A stretch of DNA of 61,032 bases, counting the filler, from Sanchytrium tribonematis (taxonomy: Eukaryota): assembly GCA_018985235.1 (NCBI GenBank). It is 8 parts of 8 records of this genome, joined end to end, with 100 filler letters (N's around TTAATTAATTAA, not from the genome) between each part and the next. Parts side by side here need not be neighbours in the genome. Positions count along the whole stretch, not along the records: positions 1 to 4,968 come from JADGIG010000657.1; positions 5,069 to 30,893 come from JADGIG010000064.1; 6 more parts are not named here. The stretch is one strand, 5' to 3'. The notes below the pieces were generated by a model. That model searched no databases. It was given only the letters and a program-made list of their open reading frames with translations, and was not told the origin of the DNA. Each line of letters begins with the position of its first letter. Within the stretch, counting starts at the first letter, position 1. This document shows, in pieces, positions 1-10,759 of this stretch. Both the position numbers and the translations under genes were made by a program.

Positions 1-110
1 TATCTTACCTGATGAAAGCATCAGTTTTACAAATCGGCTTTTGTTAATGGCTGCAACTTGAGTCATAAGGGGACCAAATATCGTTCAGTAACAGAATAAG
101 CATTTTAAAT

Positions 111-2432
111 TTATTGAAAATACTGAAATGCATTCTCAAAGTCTTCTCTGATCAGTGTAATAGTTTCGTCAATGTTGTTGCGAATCATTCTTTCAATAGC
201 ATACGATAGAAGTCGCGATGTAAAGCCAAATAACTCAGCACCTGTAATGGGAGACTCAATTCTATTTACGAAATCAGAGATTTCAACACTACATCGATAT
301 GGTCCGAGTTGCGCCTTCAAAATATTCTTAATTTCTTCTTTTTCCTTTGTGGGCCCTAGATACAACAAAGTCTCAAGGCGACCTGGTCTTAAAAGACTAG
401 GGTCTATCAAGTCAAGTCTATTAGTTGCACCGATGACAATGACCCCAGGGACATTGGAAATATCATCAATTTCATTTAAAAGTTGAGAAACTAGTCTATC
501 CATGACTCCAGAGCTATCTCCATGTGACTCCCGCTTTGGGGCGAGTGAGTCAAGCTCGTCAAAAAAAACAATGCAAGGTGCAGACTGCTTGGCATTTGAG
601 AAAAGACGGCGAATATTTGCCTCGCTTTCACCTATGTACATATTCAAGAGCTCAGGCCCTTTAACAGATACAAAATTTAAGTTACATTCAGTTGCAATGG
701 CCTTTGCGCATAAAGTCTTGCCTGTTCCCGGTGGCCCGTATAATATTATACCACTCTTCTTCCTCCTTTTAAAAAAATTAGGAAAAGTCAACGGTAGATT
801 AACAATCTTTATAATCTCAAATTTCACTTCTTTCAAACCACCAACGTCTCCCCAGCGCACATTAGGAATTTTCGATCCGCTGCATTTTAAAATATTTTTT
901 AATTCCAGCTCAAAATCTTCAAAAACATCATTATTAGAAGCAATACCAGTACGTAGACCTAATGGAATTTCACTCAAACGATTTTGATTGTACCTAAAAT
1001 TTAGCAAATCTAATTCGTTTCTTTCTAATAAACTCACACTTTGAGGAAGTAAGAATCGAAATTGCCTTTTGAATAAATCCATATCTGAACGCGCATTTTC
1101 GACATCTAACGTTTTAATTAAATGAATGGAGATCATCGATGAAAGTTTTTGAACACAAGCCGTTGAAAATATTATTGAAATACCCCATTCTTTAAAATGC
1201 TTACACAGATGATTGACTTCAAAGTAGATAGAGACGCTTTCGTTATAAACTAAATCGAAATTAAGTATCAGGAGGCATTTCTCAAACTTTTGACAATAAG
1301 CACCTGCTTCAATGATTGTGTTGAACATTTTGGATTCTCTAATGTCTGCCAAATTTAAATAGTAATAGTTTGTTGCTGTAAAATTAAATTCATTTACAAC
1401 GTAATGTTCTCGCTCTAGGTCACAAAGTCCAGTTATGGCAACAAAAAGATTGCAATCTTTCATTTCATCCAAAGTCCGAATGAATACAGACCTCTTAAAT
1501 TTTCCGATTTTAAAATTGGATTGCAAAGAGTTTGATATTAGAAGACTACTGGTGGAGTTTATAATAAAATATTGAAAATTGCCTTCAAAACTTAAAGTGT
1601 TCCATTGCAAGTAGTATGTATTATTATCATTAGTTTCTACTGTTAAGACATGATTTCGCAGATCTACAATTGAATTGCGTTTCAAACGACGAGTAATCAT
1701 ATCATGCTCAACTGAATCTATGCGACAGAGGCTTGTCAAATTGATATGTTTGATCAACCCACATTCTATTTTTTCCACAATTATTTCGTCACAACTTACG
1801 AAAAGTCTTTTAAATCGGTTTGGGAGCCTAATTGTGAGCGAATCTAATGAAAAGTCACACACTATTTTGCAAAATCTAATGCCATAAGTAAAAGATATCT
1901 TGACAAAATCACCATTTTTAGCCCCCAAAGTAATACAGTCATATATGTTTACTCTCAACACAGAATCCAAAATAAAAGAGATATTGTAATTGGATGATAG
2001 AGTCAATTTTTCAGAATTAAAATATCTCCAAATGTTCATGTTTTCATGACTTTTGGTGGGAAAATTATCGATTAGTCTATAAAAGGTTGTTCGACGAAGA
2101 TCCCAATGCCAATATCCTTCGAGTTCTGATTTTTTGGTAAATACATAAGATTCTACAAAGTGCATATCATATTCACTCATAACTTTCACTATTTGTCTTT
2201 CATAGTCAATGCCCTCGTAATCATCAATAAGTAACAATTCTTCCTCGGTGACCTCAATTATTTGACCTTCTACGACACCTCCAAGCTCATACACAATACC
2301 TGGGTAGGACTGTCGCTTAACTTGGTATCTATTATAGTTTTTCAAAAGAGCAGATTTTCCGCGTAGCTTTCGCCCTGTGACCGAGATTTGCACATCATCA
2401 TACAGTAAGGTTCCATACACAAATAGTTTCAT
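111..2432 (-). CDS. PEX6: Peroxisomal AAA ATPase PEX6 with an N-terminal gamma-glutamylcyclotransferase (AIG2-like) domain
   Basis: The C-terminal D2 domain has PEX6-type motifs: KIPNVRWGDVGG, YGPPGTGKT, SVKGPELLNMYIGESE, FFDELDSLAPKR and GDSSGVMDRLVSQLL. The first ~115 aa (LFVYGTL, YPGIV, IDDYEGIDYER) are GGCT/AIG2-like. One uninterrupted ORF. Confidence 0.85.
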   Translation of the reverse strand: MKLFVYGTLLYDDVQISVTGRKLRGKSALLKNYNRYQVKRQSYPGIVYELGGVVEGQIIEVTEEELLLIDDYEGIDYERQIVKVMSEYDMHFVESYVFTKKSELEGYWHWDLRRTTFYRLIDNFPTKSHENMNIWRYFNSEKLTLSSNYNISFILDSVLRVNIYDCITLGAKNGDFVKISFTYGIRFCKIVCDFSLDSLTIRLPNRFKRLFVSCDEIIVEKIECGLIKHINLTSLCRIDSVEHDMITRRLKRNSIVDLRNHVLTVETNDNNTYYLQWNTLSFEGNFQYFIINSTSSLLISNSLQSNFKIGKFKRSVFIRTLDEMKDCNLFVAITGLCDLEREHYVVNEFNFTATNYYYLNLADIRESKMFNTIIEAGAYCQKFEKCLLILNFDLVYNESVSIYFEVNHLCKHFKEWGISIIFSTACVQKLSSMISIHLIKTLDVENARSDMDLFKRQFRFLLPQSVSLLERNELDLLNFRYNQNRLSEIPLGLRTGIASNNDVFEDFELELKNILKCSGSKIPNVRWGDVGGLKEVKFEIIKIVNLPLTFPNFFKRRKKSGIILYGPPGTGKTLCAKAIATECNLNFVSVKGPELLNMYIGESEANIRRLFSNAKQSAPCIVFFDELDSLAPKRESHGDSSGVMDRLVSQLLNEIDDISNVPGVIVIGATNRLDLIDPSLLRPGRLETLLYLGPTKEKEEIKNILKAQLGPYRCSVEISDFVNRIESPITGAELFGFTSRLLSYAIERMIRNNIDETITLIREDFENAFQYFQ

Positions 2433-2561
2433 AAAATTTTCAAGTCATTCAGAACTACATTTTTTCGATAAATAAAGTAATGCAAATTATGGAGTTACAC
2501 TCTAGTCACTCGAATTTGTGCAATAATAAATCAAAAATTATTTAAAAAGGGGGAGACCGAA

Positions 2562-3452
2562 ATGCCGAGATTGGTACAGAAATATTTACAGCATACACCT
2601 GTAGTTCGTATGTCATCAAATCCGCACAATTTATTTGCTCTGCAATCACATTCAATAGAAATTGCTGGTAAAAATAGTTTTAAACAGAGATGGTTGGCAA
2701 AGAGAGAAATATTATCATATTTTGGTGGAACCATTAGAACTAAGCAATTTAAAAAAATCTTCGCAACGGAGCCTATTCCGGCGCCAACTATAAAGGAAAA
2801 GAACGCAGATTTAGATAACCATATGCAACTCTCTTTAGCCTTTTCAATGATGGAGCGCCGATTGGATGTCATTCTTTATAGATCATTGCTAGTTTCTAGC
2901 GTGTTTGAGGCACGATCGAAAATCAAGCGAGGTTTTGTGAGTGTGAATAGTGTAATTTGTAGAAATTTCACTAAGCTTGTCCACATAGGAGATGTGGTGC
3001 AATTTGAAGCAAAAAATAACGACAATCTCTTTCAAATTCCCGAGGTGAGCAAAAAGACTGCAATACCAGATGTTAGCGAACAAATTGCAGATTCGTGTTC
3101 GTCCAGATGTATTTCAAAGCTTCCGTTACCTAGGAGCGTACTTAGAAATGGTGTTAAAGTGAATTCAGAATATTATTTTCAGCCAAGAATTTTCTTTTTA
3201 CCTTGGCTGTTCGTACCAAATTATCTCGAAGTAAGTTTTAACACTGGTGCAGTTGTGATGCATCGACTTCCCAATGTAAAATTAATTTCCATTTCGGGCT
3301 CCCGCGATGAGTCGAAAAGGTTGTGCTCCGATATTCCCTCTCCATTTAACTCGAAGATTATGGCATTGGCTTACGAATGGTTTATTAGACGTTGTAAGAG
3401 GCAGCATCTCAAGAGAAGGTATAAGTCTTTAAAATCGCTTTATAATTTGTGA
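2562..3452 (+). CDS. Mitochondrial ribosomal protein uS4m (Nam9-like)
   Basis: S4 domain MERRLDVILYRSLLVSSVFEARSKIKRGFVSVN; the N-terminal FKQRWLAKRE and the VPNYLEVSF segment resemble fungal Nam9. Confidence 0.8.
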   Translation: MPRLVQKYLQHTPVVRMSSNPHNLFALQSHSIEIAGKNSFKQRWLAKREILSYFGGTIRTKQFKKIFATEPIPAPTIKEKNADLDNHMQLSLAFSMMERRLDVILYRSLLVSSVFEARSKIKRGFVSVNSVICRNFTKLVHIGDVVQFEAKNNDNLFQIPEVSKKTAIPDVSEQIADSCSSRCISKLPLPRSVLRNGVKVNSEYYFQPRIFFLPWLFVPNYLEVSFNTGAVVMHRLPNVKLISISGSRDESKRLCSDIPSPFNSKIMALAYEWFIRRCKRQHLKRRYKSLKSLYNL

Positions 3453-3479
3453 AGTAAATAATATGGTGAAGACTATTTA

Positions 3480-4596
3480 TTATTTGTCAAATTTCTCCAG
3501 CGCTTTTTGAGCTTCTTCAATTTGTTTTGAATATCTTTTTTTCAAATCAAACACGATATCGTCCCAAGTAGTTTTAACATCTCTTTTATATCTTGCTGCA
3601 ATCGAAAAAGTAGTTATTCTATTTGGCAGCCCTACACGAACGCAACCCTTTATTAAAAATGATTACCTTAAATTTTTCCTCGAGAAAATTAATGGCTTCG
3701 ATAACATCATCTGCTCCATTGTACTCGGCAAATACAGGACATTTTTTGACAGATTTTGTTCTAATTTTGGATTCAAATAAGTCCTTTTTGTTAAAGAATA
3801 CATAAAATGGTAGCTCGGCAAAAATGGGATTATTTACAGTCTGTTGGAATAAGTTAAAACATTCTTCTAGTCTATTCTGGGTAGCATCTTCAAAAAGGAC
3901 AGCATCGTATCCAGACAAATTTACAAGAAAGAGTACAGCAGAAACGTTGTCAAAACTATGTATCCATTTTCGCCGTTCGTTTCGCTGACCACCAACATCG
4001 ACCACAGAAAAAGTGAGCGGAGGATTTGAGATTGAGGTGGTAATAATGCCAGTCGTCATAACCCGTGCCATTACAATATCTTCTTCAGTTGGAACAAAAT
4101 CAGATTCGAAAAATCGAACTACATGTTCCATGTAGTAATCCGTTGCCTCTAGTAACCAAAATTCCGATCGCCTTTGATATGTCTTTTGAATATTTTTATC
4201 CAGCCATATATTCTGAATTTTGGTTGCAAAGTTATAAAGATCAGATTCGGCAATGTCGTCAACGTCTTGACTTAATACACTTTCAATGCTATTCTGATCT
4301 TCGAATGCATATCCAAAAACCTGTGCTTGTTCTATTAATACGCATATACATTGGTGAGCATTTTTTTTTAAACCAGAAGCAACATCTCTGATTTCTTGAG
4401 GAGTAGGCTGCATTTTGTTGATGAGTTTAATCTGCTTCAAGACTGTAGATTTTCCTGACTCACCAGAACCTAGAAGTAGTAATTTTAGATTTAATGACTC
4501 TATAGCTTTAGATTTTAAAAGTTGCTGGTCTATGTTCTTTGACTCCTTTTCTGAATTCTTCTCATCACTAGTTTTATTTTTACCACAGCAGCTCAT
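3480..4596 (-). CDS. Heterotrimeric G protein alpha subunit (two exons, 19-nt intron at 3648-3666)
   Basis: Motifs LLLGSGESGKST, DVGGQRNERRKW and FFNKKDLF. Removing the intron gives a continuous C-terminus (...SIAARYKRDVKTTWDDI...EKFDK*) ending at TAA 3482-3480. Likely start is MSCCGK at 4596. Confidence 0.92.
3648..3666 (-). other. 19-nt spliceosomal intron GTAATCATTTTTAATAAAG in G-alpha
   Basis: GT-AG boundaries; removal restores the frame and the missing G-alpha C-terminal region. Confidence 0.85.
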
Positions 4597-4968
4597 TCTC
4601 AATTTAGACGCGCTACTTTGTAAGCAAGCCACGAATTTTGAATTTTATTAAAGAATTTTTAATATGCGATTTGATAAGCTAAAATATTCTTAACTCACAG
4701 TAAATTGGGTCTCATTTAGTGAAGAAATCTTAGTTTGCACAAAAAAATCATACCTGATTTTCCTACTCACTTCGGGACTGTCAAAATACAGAATTTCAAG
4801 GCAATGAAGACTCAGAAACCCAACGGCTTGATTCTTGCTACTGAAATTTCGAATGAAAAACTGAATAAAAACTGAATTAATATAAGATACCAGCATTATT
4901 TTGGAAAGCTGAAACTGAATCACAATTAATCAAAAGATTGTAAAGATTCGATACAATGGGCAATCTAT

Positions 4969-5068
4969 NNNNNNNNNNNNNNNNNNNNNNNNNNNNNNNN
5001 NNNNNNNNNNNNTTAATTAATTAANNNNNNNNNNNNNNNNNNNNNNNNNNNNNNNNNNNNNNNNNNNN
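4969..5068. other. Artificial contig linker (N44-TTAATTAATTAA-N44)
   Basis: The same 100-nt spacer, with stops in all six frames, recurs seven times in the window. Confidence 0.98.
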
Positions 5069-6704
5069 CGTGTGAAGTGTGGAACTGAAAAGGAATTTAA
5101 TGCAAAAGAAAATGCTAGGGCTGGTAATAGAGGTAAGCGAGACTCCCAAATCATTTTAATGAAATTTTGGAGTCATGTATTTTATGATGACCGTTTGTGT
5201 CCTCTGGAAATTGATATTTACAACAAAGTACATTATTTGACTGGAATATTTGCGGAAGAGTTTGAATATATTTTGATGGTGGATGCTGATACTGTTGTTG
5301 AAGCTGACGCTTTAGACAAACTAATCGGAGCAATGAAAAACGATCATGCAATCATGGGGATGTGCGGTGAAACTAGAATTGTTAACAAAGCTGCTTCTTG
5401 GGTTACTAAGATTCAAGTATTTGAGTACTATATTTCTCATCACATGGCCAAAGCGTTTGAATCGGCATTTGGTGGTGTGACTTGCTTACCAGGCTGTTTT
5501 TCAATGTATAGAATCAAGGCTCCAAAGGTAGTTTCCAACAAAAAATCTTGGGTTCCAATTCTTGCACATCGTGATATCTCCGAACAATATAGCAAAACTG
5601 ATGTACATACGTTACATGAGCGAAACTTACTTTTGTTGGGTGAAGATAGATTTTTGACCACACTTATGCTTCGTAACTTTCCCAAAAGAAAGCAGATCTT
5701 CGTTCCCAGTGCGAGGTGTTACACTGAAGCACCAGATAAATTTAGTGTTTTAATCGATCAGCGTAGAAGATGGATCAATTCAACTCTACATAATCTTTTT
5801 GAACTTATATTCGTAAATCAATTGTGCGGAATCATGTGTTGTTCTATGCAATTTGTGGTTGCCTTGGAGGTTTTTGGAACAAGTATTTTGTTTTTATTTA
5901 GTTTCCTTGCCAATGGCTATTATCTTGACATATGTTTTGATATTTAAGTATATCATCGAAGCTTTTACAAAAGGTCCCCAACCTCTTGCATATTACTATC
6001 CGCTAATCATGTTTCTAATTGTTCTATTTCTACCTGGTGTACTTGTGATGTTGACAAGACGTGAAGTGGAGTATGTCGCCTGGATGTTTTATTACTTAAC
6101 AGTTGGATTACCAATCTGGAACTTTGTCCTTCCTTTATATGCGTATTGGAAGATGGATGAATTCAGTTGGGGTAAAACAAGAACTGTAGAGGGTGGTGAA
6201 GGTGAGCATGGAAGTGGAAAAGGGCAATTTGATCCTCGAAGCATAACAACCAAACGCTTAAAAGAATGGAATGAAACAGGATTTTACGACGAATTTCTCA
6301 ATCGAAGGAGACAAGGAAAACACGAGCCTAGTGTAAATTCCGAACCGCAATCAGCCACCGACCAATCCTCATTTTATCCTCCGTCCCAATATGGTGGTTC
6401 GCAATCTCATTTGAACTACAACCCAAATCAGTATCAACAACCGTATTACCCACCACAAGGTCAACCAGTAGCTCCTACACAATCATTTTATGGGCAGCCC
6501 CAACCTCGACCTTACTATCCCCCTTCACAACAGGATGGGCTCATGTACCCAACAGATAGTGTAAGCCAGATCTCAAGCAACGTTCCTCCTCCTCAAGCAC
6601 AGGATTATTATTATCAGACAAGTCCTACGAGAACTCAAATGCCAGATCCACAATTCTATGATCTGAATCAACAACCTCGTCCTAAACCAAGAAACAATAA
6701 ATAG
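5069..6704 (+). CDS. Chitin synthase, class IV-like (5'-partial; 19-nt intron at 5883-5901)
   Basis: Motifs [38 protein letters not shown] and QRRRWINST. Splicing joins ORFs 5072-5947 and 5853-6704 to give FGTISLPMAII, matching IGTITLPAAIC in the paralog. Confidence 0.92.
5883..5901 (+). other. 19-nt spliceosomal intron GTATTTTGTTTTTATTTAG in chitin synthase
   Basis: GT-AG boundaries; removal restores the frame and the alignment to the intronless paralog at 11633-14557. Confidence 0.9.
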
Positions 6705-6709
6705 TTGTT

Positions 6710-7381
6710 TTATTCAAAATACCAGTCATTTCCTTGATCTGCGTAATGACTTATGACCGATCTCAAATCACTAATAGAAATCATTTTTAATCCATTTAAT
6801 TTGGAAAATTCAACCAAATCTGGCCTTCGAGCAACATCTCCACTTGGAAGTACAATCTCACTGATAACTGCGCAAGGCGTTAGCCCTGCAAGAAGGCAAC
6901 AATCTACACTTGCTTCTGTGTGACCTTGTCGAACCAAAGTACCTCCTGGTGTGTATATCAAAGGAAATACATGACCAGGGCGGTTAAATTCATCTTTATC
7001 GGCATCGAGAGCGGCTATCCTTTGTAATGTTAAACATCTGTCTTTTGCAGAAATGCCCGTGGAGCAATCTTTATGGTCTACGGTTACTGTAAATTGAGTT
7101 TGATGAACATCAGTATTATTTTTTACCATCAAGGGAAAGTTGAGAACTGATGCCCTTGAAGGTAATAAAGGACAACATAATATGCCAGAAGTATTATTAA
7201 TTAAAAAAGTAATTTGCTTTGGAGTACAAAATTCAGCAGCAATAACTAAATCGCCTTCGTTTTCCCTGCTTTGATCATCACAAATAATTATTATGTCACC
7301 ATTTTTTAAAGATTCAATTGCATCAAATACAGAATCAAATTCCCACTTATGATCTAAAGAGAGCGTGCTTTTAAGTTTCAT
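6710..7381 (-). CDS. RIB3: 3,4-dihydroxy-2-butanone-4-phosphate synthase
   Basis: Motifs DDQSRENEGDL, STGISAKDR, RPGHVFPL and RQGHTEASVD. Confidence 0.93.
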   Translation of the reverse strand: MKLKSTLSLDHKWEFDSVFDAIESLKNGDIIIICDDQSRENEGDLVIAAEFCTPKQITFLINNTSGILCCPLLPSRASVLNFPLMVKNNTDVHQTQFTVTVDHKDCSTGISAKDRCLTLQRIAALDADKDEFNRPGHVFPLIYTPGGTLVRQGHTEASVDCCLLAGLTPCAVISEIVLPSGDVARRPDLVEFSKLNGLKMISISDLRSVISHYADQGNDWYFE

Positions 7382-7421
7382 CCTCTTGTACAAACAACAT
7401 GATTTTTAAGATCTTTAACAT

Positions 7422-7658
7422 TTATTGATAAATAGGGTATTCTTCAAATCTTAAAGTTTTGGCATTGAAATATTTAGTGCGAAGTTGATCTGCGTATTCT
7501 GGAACAAGTTCAGGATTTTCGATTGCTCGATGTAAAAAATATCTATCTTTCTGTAGTCTATAAAGTAGCTTATTCTTTTGGTACTTATAGTAGTAGTAAA
7601 TTGGTAGAACAGTAATTGATACTGAAGCGATAATCAATTTATATTTTGAAAAATTCAT
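7422..7658 (-). CDS. Small single-pass membrane protein, function unknown
   Basis: 78-aa ATG ORF with an N-terminal hydrophobic segment; fills the gap between its neighbours. Confidence 0.55.
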   Translation of the reverse strand: MNFSKYKLIIASVSITVLPIYYYYKYQKNKLLYRLQKDRYFLHRAIENPELVPEYADQLRTKYFNAKTLRFEEYPIYQ

Positions 7659-7692
7659 CGATTTTCAAATTGCACGGAGTAAGCGCTGATAA

Positions 7693-7953
7693 ATGGATTT
7701 CAACAATCAGTTATACAAAAAGTATTTTGTTGGAAAAGTAGTGCCAGAAACAATGGAGTTATATAATATTTTAAAGCAACTACAAAAACAGCAATCAGAG
7801 TTAGAAAATTATTGGCTGAATAGGCGGAGTAAAATTAAGGAAGAAGACGAATTGTCTGAGTTCAAATATAATTATATCGACAAACTGATACACAAATCGA
7901 TGGAAAAACTTGTCAACAAACAAATTTATGCTGTGAAAAATCATTTAAAATAA
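7693..7953 (+). CDS. Hypothetical protein (coiled-coil-like)
   Basis: 86-aa ATG ORF; its stop is 9 nt from the convergent Pumilio stop. Confidence 0.5.
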   Translation: MDFNNQLYKKYFVGKVVPETMELYNILKQLQKQQSELENYWLNRRSKIKEEDELSEFKYNYIDKLIHKSMEKLVNKQIYAVKNHLK

Positions 7954-7962
7954 ACGTTTTAC

Positions 7963-9375
7963 TTATAAATCCTCAATGGATGTGTATTTTTCCATCTTGG
8001 CCAACAAGTGTTTCCCAAAACTAACTTTTTTCAAGGCACCGATATACTTCTTCATCTGCTCTAACAACTGATTTCTCATTTCATCATCAAAGACATCCAA
8101 CATTTTTTGAACGACATAATTAGCATACTGATCTCGCATCATGACTGCTATCAATTTTCCATCGCTTGTCTCGCGTAAGACCTCCTTCAAAAAGGCTCTT
8201 CTGTCGTCGTGAGTACCAAACACAACACATTTTTCAACAACATTGCTTGCAAATTTATGACGAGCTAATTGCAGGAGATTAGGCATAACGTAATTGATTA
8301 TTTTGATTTTGTCCTCTCTTCTTCCTCTCTCTAAAAGATGCTGAACAACATAATTTCCATATTGGTCTTGAATTAAACGAGCAATATTGTCATGCAATTC
8401 CTTGAACAATATTTTTGACTGCTCTCCTTGGCAATGTTCAAAAACACGCTGAACAACTCTGCAACCATATGGGTGTGTAGCTAATTGAATGATTTGACCT
8501 TGAAAGGCATTTAAAATAAAGTCAATTTTTTCACCAGGAATTTTTTCAATTGCTTTCTGAACTACATGGTTGCCGTTTTGGTCCTTGACGCAACGTAAAA
8601 CGTTTCCTCTTAATTCCTCCACTAAGAGTAATTGTTGATCCAAATTAGAAAATTCTAAACATTTTTGAACAACTCGACAGCCATACATCTGAAGAGATAG
8701 CTGTAAAACATGACCCTGCATTTTTCCAACTAGAAATGATTTGTGTTCCAAAGAACCGTATTCAAAGAACTTTTGCACAACATAATTTCCAAAGACATCA
8801 GTCATTAATTGTAATGAGTCCATGCTGAGTTCTTGAAAAACTAGGTTTTGATCCTCCACTGATGCGCTTTCAAGTTTCTGCTGGATAAATCTGGAACCGT
8901 GCTGATCTGTTGCGAATTCTCTAAAATTACCCTTTAGGTCGCGAAGATCATATCTCTTTTTGTGCAATCTGAATTCTTCCAACATTGGAGACCTTCTCTT
9001 TGCAGCATAACCAGTTTTATCAAGATTCAATTGCCTCATACCATATACCAATTCATATGGTGGGGTACTGGAAGCTCTTGTAGGAAGATCATCAAGCGCA
9101 AAATTGAGAATTGAATTAGTACGAACATCCTCGAACGTTGCAGCTTGTTGTGGTTGAATCTGTTGCATAGGTTGAGGAGATGGTGATCTCCAGTTAGGAT
9201 TCGTATCTGCCAAACTACTGGGAGACTTAGATCGCTGAATAATCTCAACAGGGGGAGCACTTGAACTACGATTAATGTTGTTCGCTAAATGTGAAAAATC
9301 AAAATCAAACGGACTTAAGACATTACGTTTGTTGTTGTTACTAGTGGCGAAAGGATAGTTCTGATTTGGATTCAT
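7963..9375 (-). CDS. Pumilio/PUF family RNA-binding protein
   Basis: Eight PUF repeats: DQHGSRFIQ, DVFGNYVVQ, QMYGCRVVQ, DQNGNHVVQ, HPYGCRVVQ, DQYGNYVVQ, HKFASNVVE and DQYANYVVQ. Confidence 0.95.
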   Translation of the reverse strand: MNPNQNYPFATSNNNKRNVLSPFDFDFSHLANNINRSSSAPPVEIIQRSKSPSSLADTNPNWRSPSPQPMQQIQPQQAATFEDVRTNSILNFALDDLPTRASSTPPYELVYGMRQLNLDKTGYAAKRRSPMLEEFRLHKKRYDLRDLKGNFREFATDQHGSRFIQQKLESASVEDQNLVFQELSMDSLQLMTDVFGNYVVQKFFEYGSLEHKSFLVGKMQGHVLQLSLQMYGCRVVQKCLEFSNLDQQLLLVEELRGNVLRCVKDQNGNHVVQKAIEKIPGEKIDFILNAFQGQIIQLATHPYGCRVVQRVFEHCQGEQSKILFKELHDNIARLIQDQYGNYVVQHLLERGRREDKIKIINYVMPNLLQLARHKFASNVVEKCVVFGTHDDRRAFLKEVLRETSDGKLIAVMMRDQYANYVVQKMLDVFDDEMRNQLLEQMKKYIGALKKVSFGKHLLAKMEKYTSIEDL

Positions 9376-9748
9376 TTCACACACAATGTGTCAACGGAGT
9401 ATTATAAACCTTTTGAGACAGAAGTTAATAAAACCATCACCAATCAAATCATTTATTTTGCACTCTGTAGTTGGACAATGGGTAATCTGCAGGACTGCAA
9501 GTAATCATGCGAGCAGGTAAATCAATGGAAGAGATACGGTCCAATTTAACTCAATTTAACAAATAGAAATTAATTTTATTTTAAATTCCAAAGTAATACG
9601 CTTGCAATTTACTATCACCAATATCCATCTTCTATTGGTTTTTCTAATTTTAGTCAGATGGCGTGATTTACTATTATTTTAATCAGGCATGAAATCCCCA
9701 ATTTCAGATTCGACCTGATTACCCCACAGTCTCTCAAACTCAACGTCA

Positions 9749-10168
9749 ATGGAAAGAGCAGAGAAGCTTACCCTGGCATTAGTATCGCTATCATTATCTG
9801 CTGTTGCTGCTTATAAATTATACCTCACAAATTCTTCACTACCAATTCTTACAATTGATGTGAAAACCCTGTTTTCTTATCGTGGAAAAACCTTGGCATT
9901 GATAGAACACGTCACGATGTACTTGGAATCACTTTCTAAGAAATATACAGTTTACGTCTTGATTGAACCTCAATTTAAAGACCTTTCCAAGAAATTTAAT
10001 AATAGTATTGTTGCACCCAAGCCAGATTGGGCCCATGTGCTATTGAAACTTGGATCAAAAGTTCATATTGAAAGTGAGTCGATAGCCTCAGAGCACTTAA
10101 AAGGAATTGCAACTGTCATTGATATACCAAATGGGAACCAATTCATTCAGCAAATAAAACATATATAA
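9749..10168 (+). CDS. Membrane-anchored protein, possibly PEX22-like
   Basis: N-terminal TM helix followed by an alpha/beta domain; AHVLLKLGSKVHIES loosely resembles a plant-type PEX22 segment. Confidence 0.4.
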   Translation: MERAEKLTLALVSLSLSAVAAYKLYLTNSSLPILTIDVKTLFSYRGKTLALIEHVTMYLESLSKKYTVYVLIEPQFKDLSKKFNNSIVAPKPDWAHVLLKLGSKVHIESESIASEHLKGIATVIDIPNGNQFIQQIKHI

Positions 10169-10193
10169 AAAAGTACATCTTTTATTAACAATT

Positions 10194-10718
10194 TTACATT
10201 TCACATTCTTCAAGAAAATTGAGAAAATCAAAATCGTTAGTAGACACTTCGCCAAATATATCCAATGATTGTTCGGCTAAGGAATCTGAAATTGGTAGAT
10301 TAATAGGGGCAAAAGGGGTTGAATTAAATTCCACCTGTTGAGATTGTGAATAGAGTGGTTCGACGTAGTACATTTTTGGCAACAGTTTTTTGGATTTGAC
10401 GATTGAGTCTTCTGTTGGAGACACTTCTTGATGTGAAAAAACTTGAGAAAAATCATTACCGGCAGTTGGTGAAGCCAATTCGTCGTCACTACCATCTTTT
10501 TTCACTTTCTTAGTCTTGGCACGTTTATTCTGGAACCATATCTGTATGTTTCTTGCAGTCATTCCAAGTCTGTCAGCGAGTGCTGCCCGAAGCATGGCAT
10601 CAGGTTTTGGGTTTCTTTCAAACACAGCCTGGAGAATCTTTGTCTCTTCGCTATTAAGTCTTCGTCTTTTTTTAGAATTGTTTTGACTTTGCATTGGATA
10701 TTCATTCATAAAGTACAT
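10194..10718 (-). CDS. Homeodomain transcription factor
   Basis: KKRRRL...LQAVFERNPKPD...RNIQIWFQNKRAK. Confidence 0.93.
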   Translation of the reverse strand: MYFMNEYPMQSQNNSKKRRRLNSEETKILQAVFERNPKPDAMLRAALADRLGMTARNIQIWFQNKRAKTKKVKKDGSDDELASPTAGNDFSQVFSHQEVSPTEDSIVKSKKLLPKMYYVEPLYSQSQQVEFNSTPFAPINLPISDSLAEQSLDIFGEVSTNDFDFLNFLEECEM

Positions 10719-10759
10719 CAGTTAAATCAAAGGGTAGAACCCGCATTTTATCTTGCGAG

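Noticed and set aside
1..110. U1 snRNA-like start (TATCTTACCTG) with two small hairpins
   Set aside because: It mismatches the ATACTTACCTG 5' end, no U1-70K loop or convincing Sm site is visible, and a full-length U1 would overlap the PEX6 3' end. It is also at the window edge.
172..987. Antisense ORFs over PEX6 (similarly 23987-24568 over RIX7, 41563-42042 and other short overlapping ORFs)
   Set aside because: They are shadow ORFs opposite well-supported genes and have no recognisable motifs.
2077..2095. 19-nt GT-AG segment that would terminate the GGCT domain before PEX6
   Set aside because: It has an atypical GTCG donor and T rather than A at -6, unlike all nine accepted introns. Kept only as an alternative explanation for the fusion.
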